Shown: positions 19,425 to 30,745, counted from the first letter of the stretch. The stretch: DNA of 64,000 nucleotides from an uncultured Ignavibacteriales bacterium (GCA_937858935.1 CALLZX010000305.1:8208-72207), one strand, 5' to 3'. Made by a program: numbers and translations. The notes: generated by a model from the letters alone, not told the origin.

Positions 19425-20063
19425 ATGCTCAAAGCTTTGTCAGCAATAGTTATATTCATTTGCGTAACAACAAATATGAATGCGCAAAGTTTTAATATAC
19501 CTTCTAAAGGTAACCAGGTATTTGATTTCAAGGATACTCAAGATAGAAATCAGGCTACCTTTTACAGTGAAGCCCGTTTCGAAAATATAACAGGATTAAC
19601 AAACGATGTTTGGGGAAAAGTATCTTTTGATGTTAAGGATGTTAAATCTACTTTAATAGGTGAAGTCTCGATTTCTACTTCTTCCATAAAAACAGGAATT
19701 GAAAAAAGGGATGAGCACTTAAGAAGTGTTTCCTGGTTAAATTCAGAAAAATATCAAAACATAACATTTAAAATAAAAGAGATTTCGCACCTTGATCAGA
19801 TTGAAGCTAACTTATTAAAAATTGTCCTATTAGGTGAATTTACTCTGCGCGGTAAAACTAAACCGGTTTATGCAAATGCAACGATGAAATATTTAGTAGA
19901 ATCTGAAACGACAAAACAAATAATGCCTGGTGACTTGATAAGTGTTGTAGCAAGTTTTGATATAAAGCTTTCTGATTTTGGAATTACTAATTCTATGATC
20001 CCAAACCGAGTGAGTGATAAAATTCAAATTACAGCTAATTTGGTAGGATCTAATACTAATTAA
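19425..20063 (+). CDS. YceI-like periplasmic protein
   Basis: 212 aa with a signal peptide. 'GIEKRDEHLRSVSWLNSEKYQNITFK' is the YceI-family signature region. Confidence 0.7.
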   Translation: MLKALSAIVIFICVTTNMNAQSFNIPSKGNQVFDFKDTQDRNQATFYSEARFENITGLTNDVWGKVSFDVKDVKSTLIGEVSISTSSIKTGIEKRDEHLRSVSWLNSEKYQNITFKIKEISHLDQIEANLLKIVLLGEFTLRGKTKPVYANATMKYLVESETTKQIMPGDLISVVASFDIKLSDFGITNSMIPNRVSDKIQITANLVGSNTN

Positions 20064-20074
20064 AAAATAAAAAA

Positions 20075-20101
20075 CCTGTAACTTATAATATTACAGGCTT
20101 T
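20075..20101 (+). terminator. Candidate rho-independent terminator after the yceI-like gene
   Basis: cctgtaa (20075-20081) / ttacagg (20091-20097), followed by cttttac. Confidence 0.45.
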
Positions 20102-20107
20102 TACAAG

Positions 20108-20181
20108 CGGGGCCGACGAGACTCGAACTCGCGACCTCCTGCGTGACAGGCAGGCGTTCTAACCAACTGAACTACGACCCC
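20108..20181 (-). tRNA. tRNA-Asp (anticodon GTC)
   Basis: The reverse complement folds as a cloverleaf. Acceptor ggggtcg/cggcccc, D-arm 'agttcagttggttagaac', anticodon stem cctgc/gcagg with loop ctGTCac, T-arm 'gcgagttcgagtctcgt'. CCA is not encoded. Confidence 0.9.
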
Positions 20182-20233
20182 GTGGAAATTTGAAGGCCAA
20201 ATATATAATCTGGCAGTAAAAAATCAAAATTTA

Positions 20234-21331
20234 TTAATCACCAAATGATATTCCTAGAGACTTTGCTACAAATACCGCTTGATCATCTGGACTTACTAAT
20301 TTTTGGTGCGAAATTGCATCTTCTATCTTAACATTTTTAATTTCATTCCCTTTTAATGCAACCATTCTGCCAAACTTTTTATTCGCAACTAGATCTATTG
20401 CAAAAGCGCCGAATTTTGTTGCTAGAATTCTATCATAGGGTGTTGGACTTCCACCTCTTTGAAGATGTCCGAGAACAGTCACACGAGTTTCTCGTCCAGT
20501 CAACTCTTCTATTTTATCTGCTACAACTTTTCCTATACCGCCAAGCTGGACTGGGTCCGTTCTTTTTATATCACTTCCTCTAGTAACTATTTCGCCACCT
20601 AAAGGTTTTGCACCTTCCGCAACACAGACTAAGGAAAATCGTTTGCCCATTAATTCTCGCTCATGAATCTTAGCAGCAATCTTATCCCATGAAAAAGGAA
20701 TTTCCGGAATCAATATTATATCCGCACCACCGCTTAAGCCTCCATTCAAAGCAATCCAACCAGCGTATCTACCCATTACTTCTACCACAATTACTCTGTG
20801 ATGCGAGGAAGCTGTTGTATGAAGTCTATCTAATGCCATTGAAACTACATAGACAGCTGAATCGTGACCAAATGTTACATCAGTTGCTTCAAGATCATTA
20901 TCAATGGTTTTTGGCACACCAACTATGTTCATTCCAAGCTTAGACAATTTATTACAGATATGCATCGTACCATCGCCGCCAATTGCAATTAATGCATCAA
21001 GACCCCATGATTTATAATTTTTTATTGCCGATGCTGATTTATCCTGTATTTCTATTTTACCGTTAACTTCAACCGGCCAATGATAGGGATCACCCTTATT
21101 TGATGAGCCTAAAATTGTTCCTCCTCTTGAAAGTATACCTGAAACATCAGCATTAGTCAATTCTTTAGCTTTTCCTTCAACTAGTCCTTCAAATCCATCA
21201 ATAATTCCATAGACAGACATTCCATAGTCTTCTGCAGGTTTTGTTACGCCTCTAATTACTGCATTTAATCCGGGGCAGTCGCCTCCGCCCGTCAAAATTC
21301 CGATTCTTCTTATTCCATTCTTTTTAGCCAT
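20234..21331 (-). CDS. pfkA: 6-phosphofructokinase
   Basis: 365 aa. 'IGILTGGGDCPGLNAVIRG', 'IAIGGDGT', 'VPKTIDNDL', 'MGRYAGW'. Confidence 0.9.
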   Translation of the reverse strand: MAKKNGIRRIGILTGGGDCPGLNAVIRGVTKPAEDYGMSVYGIIDGFEGLVEGKAKELTNADVSGILSRGGTILGSSNKGDPYHWPVEVNGKIEIQDKSASAIKNYKSWGLDALIAIGGDGTMHICNKLSKLGMNIVGVPKTIDNDLEATDVTFGHDSAVYVVSMALDRLHTTASSHHRVIVVEVMGRYAGWIALNGGLSGGADIILIPEIPFSWDKIAAKIHERELMGKRFSLVCVAEGAKPLGGEIVTRGSDIKRTDPVQLGGIGKVVADKIEELTGRETRVTVLGHLQRGGSPTPYDRILATKFGAFAIDLVANKKFGRMVALKGNEIKNVKIEDAISHQKLVSPDDQAVFVAKSLGISFGD

Positions 21332-21349
21332 TTTTACTTTTAGATCCTT

Positions 21350-22303
21350 CTATTTCTTAAAAATACTTTGTGAATTCTTAAAATGAAATTTAATCATTTT
21401 CATTAAATAATTATCATCAAATTGATTAAAAACACGCTTTGCCGCAATATTTACCAATGAACCGCCACCCTTGGGAATATTAAAACCCACTTCCCTGCTT
21501 TTTACATTAAACCAATCTATAACTTTTGCCCTGGCTAATATCGATGCTGCAGCAACAGCCGTGTATCTTTCAGCCCTTGGTGTCTGATAAAGATTTACAT
21601 CAATATTTTTTTTCTTCAATTCATCTTTAATAAGTTTTTCATTACCAAACTTATCACTTATAACATTTGGACAACCAATTCTTTGCAATAAATTCTCAAT
21701 TGTTTTTGAATGTGCCCAACCCATAATTTTATTAAGATTATTAAAAGATTCATAAAGTTTGTTATACTTTTCAGGATTGATCTGGACAATTTCAAAATTA
21801 TCCCCAATTATCTCTTTAATCTTATATTCAATAATCTTAATATTATTATCGGAAATAAGCTTACTATCTTTAACTCCCGCTTCTTCCAACTCCAATGTTG
21901 TCTTTTTATTGATATAAACTGCCGCAACTACCAATGGACCAAAATAATCTCCCTTTCCAGATTCATCCGTACCGATGTATTCTATAAACTTAATTTCTGT
22001 TTTTTTCTCAGATTCAAAAAGTGTTTGTCCAAAAACAATGCTATTTAATTCTTTTGCTATTATTGATTCAGGGTTAGCCTGGATAACTTTTTTAATCCCT
22101 TTCTTACCAAAATACACTAACAATTTTGCCTGCTCTTTATTGCTGTTCACTATTATTTCATAGTTGTATAGTTTTTTATCCGGCTTGGAAACTGAGAATT
22201 CAAGATTTGTTATCTTTTTTGATAAATTTTCAATTTCTTTAAGAGCTTTTTGTTGGAATGGATCTTGCATAATAGGTGTTGGTTTAAGTTTGTATTTAAG
22301 CAC
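21350..22303 (-). CDS. rnhC: Ribonuclease HIII
   Basis: 317 aa. N-terminal extension followed by an RNase HII-fold core 'GTDESGKGDYFGPLVVAAV', 'DSK', 'VAAASILAR'. The true start may be the internal Met12. Confidence 0.8.
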   Translation of the reverse strand: MLKYKLKPTPIMQDPFQQKALKEIENLSKKITNLEFSVSKPDKKLYNYEIIVNSNKEQAKLLVYFGKKGIKKVIQANPESIIAKELNSIVFGQTLFESEKKTEIKFIEYIGTDESGKGDYFGPLVVAAVYINKKTTLELEEAGVKDSKLISDNNIKIIEYKIKEIIGDNFEIVQINPEKYNKLYESFNNLNKIMGWAHSKTIENLLQRIGCPNVISDKFGNEKLIKDELKKKNIDVNLYQTPRAERYTAVAAASILARAKVIDWFNVKSREVGFNIPKGGGSLVNIAAKRVFNQFDDNYLMKMIKFHFKNSQSIFKK

Positions 22304-22349
22304 TAATAAATTTAGTTTTCATAGTAATGAGATTTAAAAGGAGAAAATA

Positions 22350-22679
22350 ATGAATACTTTAAGATTAAATAAATATTTTATGATAATATTGCTGATCACC
22401 TTATTTGCAGCCACAAATATTTTATCAAAAACGGTAACTCAAGATGACCAAACAATAAATGAATTTGCTTCAATATTAAAACAAAAAGTTTTATTAACTA
22501 ATGATCAAGAAGCAAAGGTCATAAACATAATGTCAGAAATGCAAAAAAATATTTCATCTAATCCGAAAAATAAAACTGACTTTACTAAAGCTGCTCAGTC
22601 TAAAGTTGAAAGTTTATTAGATAGCAAACAAAAAATGAAATATGATATTATCAAAAATGATTTATGGAAAAAATTCTAA
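22350..22679 (+). CDS. Hypothetical exported protein
   Basis: 109-aa ORF with a signal peptide, followed by a clear terminator. Confidence 0.4.
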   Translation: MNTLRLNKYFMIILLITLFAATNILSKTVTQDDQTINEFASILKQKVLLTNDQEAKVINIMSEMQKNISSNPKNKTDFTKAAQSKVESLLDSKQKMKYDIIKNDLWKKF

Positions 22680-22698
22680 TAGAACATTAACGCATTCT

Positions 22699-22723
22699 AA
22701 CCCGGTATTAGGCCGGGTTTTTT
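22699..22723 (+). terminator. Rho-independent terminator between convergent genes
   Basis: aacccgg (22699-22705) / ccgggtt (22713-22719), running into a T-tract that ends at 22723. Confidence 0.65.
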
Positions 22724-22732
22724 GTTTCGATT

Positions 22733-23170
22733 CTATTTGCCCCATTTAAGTACTTCCACTTTAACTTCCTGAATTCCAGCATTAACCATTTCAATTTTAT
22801 TTGCAGCAGCTAGTGATAAATCTAAAATTCTTCCCTTAAATTGCGGCATACGATCATTGATTCTTACTTCAACGCTCTTTCCATTTGATAAATTAGTTAC
22901 TTTAACTAAAGTATTAAATGGATATGTTGGATGTGCAGCTGTTAAAGAATTCATATCATAAATCTCACCATTAGCAGTTTTTTTTCCATCAAATTCATCG
23001 GCATAAAAAGAGGCTATGCCAGTCTCAACCTCAAGCACATTTGGACTTTTTATTCGATTATCTTTTTCTGAATAATCATCAGCTCTAGAATATCTTGTTG
23101 TTGAACTGCAGCTAAAGAATATTAGAGAACCTAAAATGAACCCCAAATAATATTTTGGTGTTAAATCCAT
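22733..23170 (-). CDS. rlpA: Septal ring lytic transglycosylase RlpA-family lipoprotein (DPBB domain)
   Basis: 'GIASFYADEFDGKKTANGEIYDMNSLTAAHPTYPFNTLVKVTNLSNGKSVEVRINDR'. I place the start at Met11 of the tracked ORF (which extends to 23200). This gives a lipoprotein signal 'LGFILGSLIFFSCSS' and removes the overlap with rsmE. Confidence 0.8.
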   Translation of the reverse strand: MDLTPKYYLGFILGSLIFFSCSSTTRYSRADDYSEKDNRIKSPNVLEVETGIASFYADEFDGKKTANGEIYDMNSLTAAHPTYPFNTLVKVTNLSNGKSVEVRINDRMPQFKGRILDLSLAAANKIEMVNAGIQEVKVEVLKWGK

Positions 23171-23180
23171 TCTAAAATTT

Positions 23181-23876
23181 CTATGATAAAATTGAGGCAA
23201 CTTTAATAATTGCCGTTTCGGATCTCAATCTATTATCGGCAAGATTTAAAATAAGAGTTGGCTGAATATCTAAGATTTCTTTCTCTGAAAATCCGCCTTC
23301 TGGACCAAATAGAAAATAAAATTCTTTTGATGTATCAAATTTTTTATCAGCTAATTTACTTTCAGAGTTCTGTTCAAATAACACTTTTTCAACAGATAAA
23401 TCTTTAAAGTTTTTAACTGATTCAAATATATTAACTCTTGGTAAATATGATTTTAACGATTGCTTCATTGCAGATAATAAAATTTTATGTATCCTGTCGA
23501 TATTAAACCCTTTACTTACACTTCGCTCTGAATTAAAAAGAATAAAATTAGTAATCCCCAATTCTGTGCATTTCTCCAAAGCAAACTTAAATCTATCTGG
23601 ATTTCTTAGATTAGGGATGCAAAATGTAAAGTGTTTTAGTCTATTTTGAAGAATATTAAATTTTAAGATACGAACGCTGATACTTTTCTTCTCAATGCTT
23701 GTGATAATACCTTCATAAATCTTTCCATTACCATCTGTTGCATAAAGAGAATCACCAACTTTGTTACGCATTACTTTTGTTGCATGATGATATTCCTCAT
23801 CAGCAAGCTGAAATATTTGTTCATTCTCATTTAATGATGAACAATAATATAATTCGATGTTAGAAAGATATTCCAA
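23181..23876 (-). CDS. rsmE: 16S rRNA (uracil1498-N3)-methyltransferase
   Basis: 231 aa. 'HHATKVMRNKVGD', 'GPEGGFSEKEI', 'RLRSETA'. Confidence 0.8.
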   Translation of the reverse strand: MEYLSNIELYYCSSLNENEQIFQLADEEYHHATKVMRNKVGDSLYATDGNGKIYEGIITSIEKKSISVRILKFNILQNRLKHFTFCIPNLRNPDRFKFALEKCTELGITNFILFNSERSVSKGFNIDRIHKILLSAMKQSLKSYLPRVNIFESVKNFKDLSVEKVLFEQNSESKLADKKFDTSKEFYFLFGPEGGFSEKEILDIQPTLILNLADNRLRSETAIIKVASILS

Positions 23877-25206
23877 GGTCTAAAATTATTTGTGATTTAA
23901 ATTTTTCATCAAATGCAACTTCTATTCTAAAAACCTGGTAAGGTAAAATAAGGAAAGTCAATCCTAATCCGTATCCGGAATTAAATCTGTTGATTGCCCA
24001 AGGCTCTTCTCTATAATGCGCTAGACCAGTCTCAGCGAATATCTGGGTATAAAATCCTAATCTATATGACAAGAGTTGATCCGGTATAATGGGAATAAAC
24101 GTAAGATCTACATTTAACTCTTCTATTATAGGATAGTAAAATTCTGCAGATAATACATAGTAATTATCTCCTTCAAATTTTTCAAAATAATGTCCGCGAA
24201 TTTTTTCATCAGCGCCGATAATTGAAGCATCATAATATGGAACCACATCACCAAAGGTAAATCTTGATGCCAATCGCCACTTACTAATCAATTTATCAAA
24301 TATTTTTCTATATTCTCTAAAATCAATCCACGCTACACTGTAGCTAATGTCATCAAATCCTAATCCCTTAGCAGAATAATTAATACTAGAATATATACCA
24401 TTTTTTGGAAACTGTGCAAGATCTCTTGTGTCATGCTCATAACCAATTCCCAATTCAAGTAGATTATCAATTCTATCGTCGGATGCATTGATTCCAGGAA
24501 TGTAAAATGGTGTTTCGATATTATTGTATCCGGCGTTAATATAGACTCTATTAAAAAGTCCCAATCTTTTACCCATAACTAATCGTAGTCCAATGAGCCG
24601 TTGACTAAAACTACCTCCATAAAGTTCTTCCGCACTTGGGCTTTTATTTGTAATATCAGAATAATTTATTGTAGATCTAATAAACAGATTTTCTTTGCCA
24701 ATTATGTTAGGATTATAATAACTAAAATAAAATGTAGGATCATAACCTAAAGCAAACGCCGCTGTAAGATCCTCATTTCTACCTCTAAAATTTTTAATCC
24801 TTAAAAACATTCCATAGGATAATTTATTAAGATCATTTTCTTTAGCCTCAATTAGTGGAACGGGATATATATACCAGCTTTCTTCAATTTCAATTGTTAA
24901 TATTCTTTTTTCATCTACAATTGTTGGGATAAAATAAACGTGATTAAAAATTCCTAAACTGTATACACGTTCTCGATTATATAATGAATTTTGTTGCGTT
25001 AATGTATCGCCTCTGGAAAAATTTAACTCTCTTAATACGATAAACTCTTCTGTTATGTCATTCCCAATTATCGTAATTGAATCAACAATAAAAGGATATA
25101 AATGAGAATTGGATAGTGAATCAGTGTTTTGTGGAAAGATAAGTGAAGAGAAAACAATAACGATTTGCAAAAAAACTATTTTTACTTTGGTTTTAATTTT
25201 TAACAC
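23860..25206 (-). CDS. Omp85/BamA-family outer-membrane protein (single POTRA + beta-barrel)
   Basis: 448 aa with a signal peptide. POTRA-like 'VDSITIIGNDITEEFIVLRELNFSRGDTL'. Beta-barrel pattern ending in '...LDLGISF'. Confidence 0.7.
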   Translation of the reverse strand: MLKIKTKVKIVFLQIVIVFSSLIFPQNTDSLSNSHLYPFIVDSITIIGNDITEEFIVLRELNFSRGDTLTQQNSLYNRERVYSLGIFNHVYFIPTIVDEKRILTIEIEESWYIYPVPLIEAKENDLNKLSYGMFLRIKNFRGRNEDLTAAFALGYDPTFYFSYYNPNIIGKENLFIRSTINYSDITNKSPSAEELYGGSFSQRLIGLRLVMGKRLGLFNRVYINAGYNNIETPFYIPGINASDDRIDNLLELGIGYEHDTRDLAQFPKNGIYSSINYSAKGLGFDDISYSVAWIDFREYRKIFDKLISKWRLASRFTFGDVVPYYDASIIGADEKIRGHYFEKFEGDNYYVLSAEFYYPIIEELNVDLTFIPIIPDQLLSYRLGFYTQIFAETGLAHYREEPWAINRFNSGYGLGLTFLILPYQVFRIEVAFDEKFKSQIILDLGISF

Positions 25207-25265
25207 TAAGCGTTATTGTTTTCTAATTCAATTTTTCAATTTAATAAATAAAACAGATCTTAAAA

Positions 25266-28163
25266 TTATTTAAGAGACTCCTCAACATACTCTGATACAG
25301 GTAAACAACTGCAAACAAGATTTCTATCACCATATGCGTTATCTACTCTGCTAACACTCGGCCAAAATTTGTTTGATCGCGTCCAGTGCACAGGATAAGC
25401 GGCTTTTTCTCTTGAATATGGATAATTCCATTTATCATTTATTACCATCTGAGCTGTATGCGGTGCATTTTTTAAAACATTATTTTTCTGATCAGCATTA
25501 CCGTTTGCAATTTCTTTTATCTCTTCAAGAATATTTATCAAGGCATCACAGAATTTATCCATCTCTGCTTTAGATTCACTTTCTGTTGGTTCAACCATTA
25601 AAGTTCCTGCAACAGGAAATGATACAGTTGGTGCATGATAGCCGTAATCCATTAATCTCTTTGCAATATCTTCAACTTCTATGTGAGCGGATTGTTTAAA
25701 TTCACGCATATCAAAGATTAATTCATGTGCAACTCTTCCTTTTGTGCCTGAATATAAAACTTTAAAGTAAGGCTCTAATTTGGCCTTTATATAATTTGCG
25801 TTTAAGATAGCAGCTTTCGTGGAATTAGTTAATCCAGTAGCACCCATCAGTTTTATATAAGCATATGAAATTAAAATAACATTTGAACTTCCAAAAGGTG
25901 CAGCTGCAACTGCATTAATTGATTTACCTTTAGAAATATCTACAACTGAATGTCCAGGTAAAAACGGAGTTAAATGCTGTGCAACAGCAATAGGTCCAAC
26001 GCCCGGTCCGCCACCGCCATGAGGAATACAAAATGTTTTATGCAAATTTAAATGACAAACATCGGCTCCAATTTCTGCCGGACTTGTTAATCCAACTTGG
26101 GCATTCATATTTGCACCATCCATATAAACTTGCCCACCATTTTGATGAATGATTTCGCAAATTTCTTTAATTGATTCTTCAAACACACCATGAGTCGATG
26201 GATAGGTTACCATTAAAGATGCGAGATTATTTTTGTGCAATTCAGATTTTGCACGTAAATCATTAACTTCTATGTTGCCCCGGTCATCACATTTTACCCC
26301 CACTGCTTTCATCCCTGCCATAACAGCACTTGCAGGATTTGTACCGTGTGCAGATGAAGGAATTAATGCAATGTTTCTATGTGCCTCACCCTTATCTTCT
26401 AAATATGCTTTGATAACTGATAAACCAGCATATTCTCCTTGAGCACCTGAATTAGGTTGAAGTGATACAGCTGAAAATCCAGTTATTTCAGCAAGATCTT
26501 TTTCCAGTGAATCAAATAATTCCAGATAACCTGAAACTTGTTCTTTCGGTGCGAAAGGATGGATATTCCCAAATTGTGGATAAGTAACACCGAGCATTTC
26601 GGTTGTTGCATTTAATTTCATAGTGCAAGATCCAAGAGCTATCATTGAGTGAACAAGGGACAGATCTTTGTTTTCAAGATATTTCATATATCTCAAAATA
26701 TCAGTTTCCGATTTATATGAATTGAAAACAGGATGTTCTAAATAATTTGATGTTCTGACAAATTTCTGATCAAATGATGGTTCAAAAGTATTTTGAGCAT
26801 TCTGTTCTTTTTGAGATGCTGCTTGTTTACTTTGAGCATGAGCAAAAACTTGAATCAATTCCTTCACATCTTCAATCGTTGTAACTTCACTCAACGAAAT
26901 GCTTATATGTTCATTGATAAAGTAATTCAGATTTATCTCATGTTTTAATGCTTCAATATTTATCTTTTCACAAAGTTGCTTATCAACTTTAATTGTAATT
27001 GTATCATAATAATTTTTGTTAACCTGAATTAAACCAAGATTATTAATTCCATCACTTAGCACTTTTGTAAGACTATTAATTCTCTCAGCAATTACCCTAA
27101 GATTTTTTGGACCATGATAAACAACATACATTCCGGCTAATACGGCTAGTAAAACCTGAGCAGTACAAATATTACTCGTTGCTCTTTCACGTTTAATGTG
27201 TTGTTCTCTAGTCTGAAGAGCCATTCTTAAAGCTCTATTTCCTTGTGAATCAACAGATACGCCTATTATTCTTCCGGGAATAACTCTTTTAAAATCTTCT
27301 TTTGTCGCAAAGTAAGCAGCATGTGGTCCGCCAAAACCCATTGGAATCCCAAATCTCTGAGTGCTACCAACAGCACAATCAGCTCCAAATTCTCCCGGAG
27401 GAGTAAGTAGAGTTAAACTTAAAATATCAGCTGCAACAACTTTTAAAATTCCAAATGCCTGTGCTTTGGAAAACAATTCAGCATAATCATAGATCTCGCC
27501 ATTAAGTGCAGGATACTGTACTAACAAACCAAAATAATCGCCATTCAATTCTATTTTTTGGTGATCATCTATAATTAATTCAATTCCCAAAGGTTTAGAT
27601 CTTGTTTTCAGAACATCTATTGTTTGGGGAAACACCTCATTAGAAACAAAAAACTTATTGGAACTAGCCTTATCTTTTTTTCTGTTATTAAAAAACATAA
27701 CCATAGCCTCTGCAGCTGAAGTTGCTTCATCAAGCAATGATGCATTTGCAATTGGAAGTGCAGTAAGGTCTGAAACGGCAGTTTGAAAATTTAATAAAGC
27801 TTCCAGTCTCCCTTGTGCAATTTCAGCTTGATAAGGGGTGTATTGTGTATACCAACCTGGATTTTCTAAAATGTTTCTCTGAATGACAGCGGGAAGAATT
27901 GCAGGGTAATATCCCATTCCGATGTAACTTTTAAAAATTTTATTTTTGGATGCAACAATATTAAGGTGTTGAGCAAACTCAAACTCACTTAATGGTTCTC
28001 CCAATTGTAATTTATTTTTAAGACGGATACTTGCCGGTACAGTTTCATCGATCAACTCATCAACTGAATTAACTCCACATAGTTTAACCATTTCTTTAAT
28101 TTCATCAGTATTCGGACCTATGTGGCGTTGTTCAAATACATCAGGATGTTGAAAAGATCTCAT
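25266..28163 (-). CDS. gcvP: Glycine dehydrogenase (decarboxylating), single-chain P-protein
   Basis: 965 aa. '[25 protein letters not shown]', PLP-lysine region '[19 protein letters not shown]'. Confidence 0.95.
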   Translation of the reverse strand: MRSFQHPDVFEQRHIGPNTDEIKEMVKLCGVNSVDELIDETVPASIRLKNKLQLGEPLSEFEFAQHLNIVASKNKIFKSYIGMGYYPAILPAVIQRNILENPGWYTQYTPYQAEIAQGRLEALLNFQTAVSDLTALPIANASLLDEATSAAEAMVMFFNNRKKDKASSNKFFVSNEVFPQTIDVLKTRSKPLGIELIIDDHQKIELNGDYFGLLVQYPALNGEIYDYAELFSKAQAFGILKVVAADILSLTLLTPPGEFGADCAVGSTQRFGIPMGFGGPHAAYFATKEDFKRVIPGRIIGVSVDSQGNRALRMALQTREQHIKRERATSNICTAQVLLAVLAGMYVVYHGPKNLRVIAERINSLTKVLSDGINNLGLIQVNKNYYDTITIKVDKQLCEKINIEALKHEINLNYFINEHISISLSEVTTIEDVKELIQVFAHAQSKQAASQKEQNAQNTFEPSFDQKFVRTSNYLEHPVFNSYKSETDILRYMKYLENKDLSLVHSMIALGSCTMKLNATTEMLGVTYPQFGNIHPFAPKEQVSGYLELFDSLEKDLAEITGFSAVSLQPNSGAQGEYAGLSVIKAYLEDKGEAHRNIALIPSSAHGTNPASAVMAGMKAVGVKCDDRGNIEVNDLRAKSELHKNNLASLMVTYPSTHGVFEESIKEICEIIHQNGGQVYMDGANMNAQVGLTSPAEIGADVCHLNLHKTFCIPHGGGGPGVGPIAVAQHLTPFLPGHSVVDISKGKSINAVAAAPFGSSNVILISYAYIKLMGATGLTNSTKAAILNANYIKAKLEPYFKVLYSGTKGRVAHELIFDMREFKQSAHIEVEDIAKRLMDYGYHAPTVSFPVAGTLMVEPTESESKAEMDKFCDALINILEEIKEIANGNADQKNNVLKNAPHTAQMVINDKWNYPYSREKAAYPVHWTRSNKFWPSVSRVDNAYGDRNLVCSCLPVSEYVEESLK

Positions 28164-28304
28164 CTTAATTCTCTTATTTAATTATTCGGTATTAAAAACT
28201 ACATTAATTTATTAATTCAAAATTAAAGAAAATCTTTGTAATTCTGATTGAGTTGTTAGGTTATTTTTAAAGCAATTTTGTATTAAAAATTGTTTTAGAG
28301 TTGC

Positions 28305-29078
28305 TTAGTGAGGTATTTTTTCAAGCGTGGCTTTTGCAGCATTCTGTTCAGCAGTTTTTTTATTTTTACCTGTTCCTACACCAAAATAAACTTCTCCAAC
28401 ATTTACTTTAACTGTAAAAATTCTATCGTGCTGCGGACCTTCTTCTTTTATCACAATATAATTTGGAACCTCAATTTTATTTGCCTGTGCATATTCCAAT
28501 AGTTGACTTTTATAATTTTCATCAATCAAATATTCACCATCCTTGGTTAGAGGTTCAATTAAAACCCTGTGGATAAATTTCTTGGAGATTTCTAATCCAT
28601 GATCTAAATAGACAGCTCCAACAATTGCTTCAAAAGCATCTGATAGCACTGTTTTAGATGCGCGGGCAAATGTGTTAGTTAAATTCTGATTAATCAAAAT
28701 AAAATTTGCCAGCCCAATATCTTCGGCGGCATCAGAGAGGGCAAATCTATTTACTAACTTAGCTCTAACTTTTGTTAAAAAGCCTTCATTCTCTTTAGGA
28801 AAGTTTTCAAAAAGATATTCAGCAACAACAAGACTCAAAACAGAATCTCCTAAAAACTCTAATCTTTCGTTGGAAACATCGGCGTCTTCAAGTTCTTCGA
28901 GAAAGGATCTATGCATTAATGCTTGAATGTAGTGGGATTTGTTCTTTATAGGAAATCCAATTATTGCCTCTAACTCAGAAAACTTGAGTGGTGTAAGTAT
29001 TTTTTTCACTTGGTGGGAATTATTACTTTCTTCCCGAAAGCCAAAATATTTAAGCAAACGAGAAAAAAGAGAACTCAA
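28305..29078 (-). CDS. rnc: Ribonuclease III
   Basis: 257 aa. 'NERLEFLGDSVL', 'SDAFEAIVGAVYLD', and a C-terminal dsRBD 'GTGKNKKTAEQNAAKATL'. Confidence 0.9.
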   Translation of the reverse strand: MSSLFSRLLKYFGFREESNNSHQVKKILTPLKFSELEAIIGFPIKNKSHYIQALMHRSFLEELEDADVSNERLEFLGDSVLSLVVAEYLFENFPKENEGFLTKVRAKLVNRFALSDAAEDIGLANFILINQNLTNTFARASKTVLSDAFEAIVGAVYLDHGLEISKKFIHRVLIEPLTKDGEYLIDENYKSQLLEYAQANKIEVPNYIVIKEEGPQHDRIFTVKVNVGEVYFGVGTGKNKKTAEQNAAKATLEKIPH

Positions 29079-29080
29079 GT

Positions 29081-30328
29081 CTATTCCTCAAACTTCTTAA
29101 ATAAAATTGATGCATTATGTCCGCCAAATCCAAATGTATTACAGATTGCGGCTTTGATTTCTTTTTTAGTTATTTTTTTTGCACTATAATTTAAATCACA
29201 TTCAGGATCAGGATTATCAAGATTTATTGTTGGTGGTATTAAATTGTGTTTCATAGATAAAAGAGTCGCGATTGCTTCTATCCCACCGGCAGCACCCAAT
29301 AAATGTCCTGTCATAGATTTAGTAGAACTAACCACAAGTTTATATGCGTGATCACCGAACACGGTCTTTATGGCTCTAGTTTCATTAATATCGTTGTGAG
29401 GCGTTGAGGTTCCATGAGCATTTATGTAATCAACATCGGTTAATAAAAGATTAGCATCCTCAACCGCGATCTTCATAGATCTTACTGCACCTTCGCCACC
29501 TGGGGCAGGAGCTGTGATATGATGTGCATCTGCCGTTAATCCAATTCCAGCAAGTTCTGCATATATTTTTGCGCCTCTATCTAGTGCATGATTTAATTCT
29601 TCTAATATCAGAGTTCCGCCACCTTCTCCCATCACAAAACCATTTCGGTCTTTATCAAAAGGACGTGATGCTTCAGCATATCTATCATTCCAAGTGGATA
29701 AAGCTCTCATTGCATTAAAGCCTCCAATACCAATTTCAGTAATAGGAGCTTCACTACCACCACAAACCATCAGATCTGCGGCACCTCTTTCGATTACCAT
29801 AAATGCATCTGAAATTGCATGTGAAGCAGTTGAACATGCTGAAGTAGTTGCGTAATTGGGACCTTTTAATCCAAAGCGAATAGAAATCTGTCCGGCTGCT
29901 AGATCTGAGATCATCATTGGAACAAAAAATGGACTTATCATTCCAGGATTTTTATCCTGAAAATATTTCCAATGTTCATTTTGAAGAGTTTCTAATCCAC
30001 CAATTCCACTACCGTAAATAACTCCCACTCTTTCTCTGTTTATTTTTTCAAGATTGATTTCGGAATCTTTTACAGCTTGAACGGAAGCTGCGATGGCAAA
30101 TTGAGAAAACCTATCTAGTCTTTTGACAGATTTTTTATCAAAATATTCGTCAGGATTAAAATTGTCTGCTTGAGCCGCAAACTGGGTATCAAACCTTGAA
30201 GCATCAAAATACTTAATCGGGGTTACACCATTTCTACCAGAAATTAAACCTTCCCAAAATTGTGGAACGTCTAACCCGATAGGTGTAACTGCACCAATAC
30301 CTGTAACTACAACTCTTCTTTTAGTCAT
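29081..30328 (-). CDS. fabF: 3-oxoacyl-ACP synthase II
   Basis: 415 aa. Active-site 'TTSACSTASHAI', 'NAHGTSTPHND', 'NTFGFGGHNASILF'. Confidence 0.95.
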   Translation of the reverse strand: MTKRRVVVTGIGAVTPIGLDVPQFWEGLISGRNGVTPIKYFDASRFDTQFAAQADNFNPDEYFDKKSVKRLDRFSQFAIAASVQAVKDSEINLEKINRERVGVIYGSGIGGLETLQNEHWKYFQDKNPGMISPFFVPMMISDLAAGQISIRFGLKGPNYATTSACSTASHAISDAFMVIERGAADLMVCGGSEAPITEIGIGGFNAMRALSTWNDRYAEASRPFDKDRNGFVMGEGGGTLILEELNHALDRGAKIYAELAGIGLTADAHHITAPAPGGEGAVRSMKIAVEDANLLLTDVDYINAHGTSTPHNDINETRAIKTVFGDHAYKLVVSSTKSMTGHLLGAAGGIEAIATLLSMKHNLIPPTINLDNPDPECDLNYSAKKITKKEIKAAICNTFGFGGHNASILFKKFEE

Positions 30329-30383
30329 GATACCTAATCAGTATATACCATTTTTGAGATGGAAAGACATATAAAGGTAAGAA

Positions 30384-30406
30384 AGTCGGGATTAAAAATC
30401 CCGACT
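30384..30406 (-). terminator. Hairpin (partial terminator/attenuator) just downstream of acpP
   Basis: agtcggga (30384-30391) / tcccgact (30399-30406). The T-tract is weak, which is typical of partial termination between acpP and fabF. Confidence 0.4.
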
Positions 30407-30414
30407 ATTATTAA

Positions 30415-30648
30415 TTAAGCCAATTTTTCTGAAAGATACTTTACAGCATCTCCCACTGTTCCGATTTTCTCAGCATCTTCATCAGGAATTGAAATTTGAA
30501 AAGCGCTTTCAAATCCCATAACTAATTCTACTATATCAAGTGAATCAGCGCCAAGGTCATTTGTAAATGATGCTTCAGGAGTGATTTGAGACTCTTCTAC
30601 ACCTAATTTATCAATAATGATCTCTTTCACTTTAGCTTCAACATCCAT
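30415..30648 (-). CDS. acpP: Acyl carrier protein
   Basis: 77 aa. Phosphopantetheine site '[13 protein letters not shown]'. Confidence 0.95.
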   Translation of the reverse strand: MDVEAKVKEIIIDKLGVEESQITPEASFTNDLGADSLDIVELVMGFESAFQISIPDEDAEKIGTVGDAVKYLSEKLA

Positions 30649-30745
30649 GGTGTTCTCCTCTTATTAGTTTTGTATTTATTTGAGTTATTATTTATTGGTC
30701 TAAATTTAACAAAATTAAAATCTAAGAAACAAATAGATTTATTAA

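Noticed and set aside
20064-20233. tRNA-Asp as a possible integration hotspot or genomic-island border for the accessory-looking 14387-20063 block.
   Set aside because: I saw no integrase, recombinase or transposase gene in the window. I also noticed no duplicated copy of the tRNA 3' end by eye. The flanking genes (pfk, rnhC) are core housekeeping.
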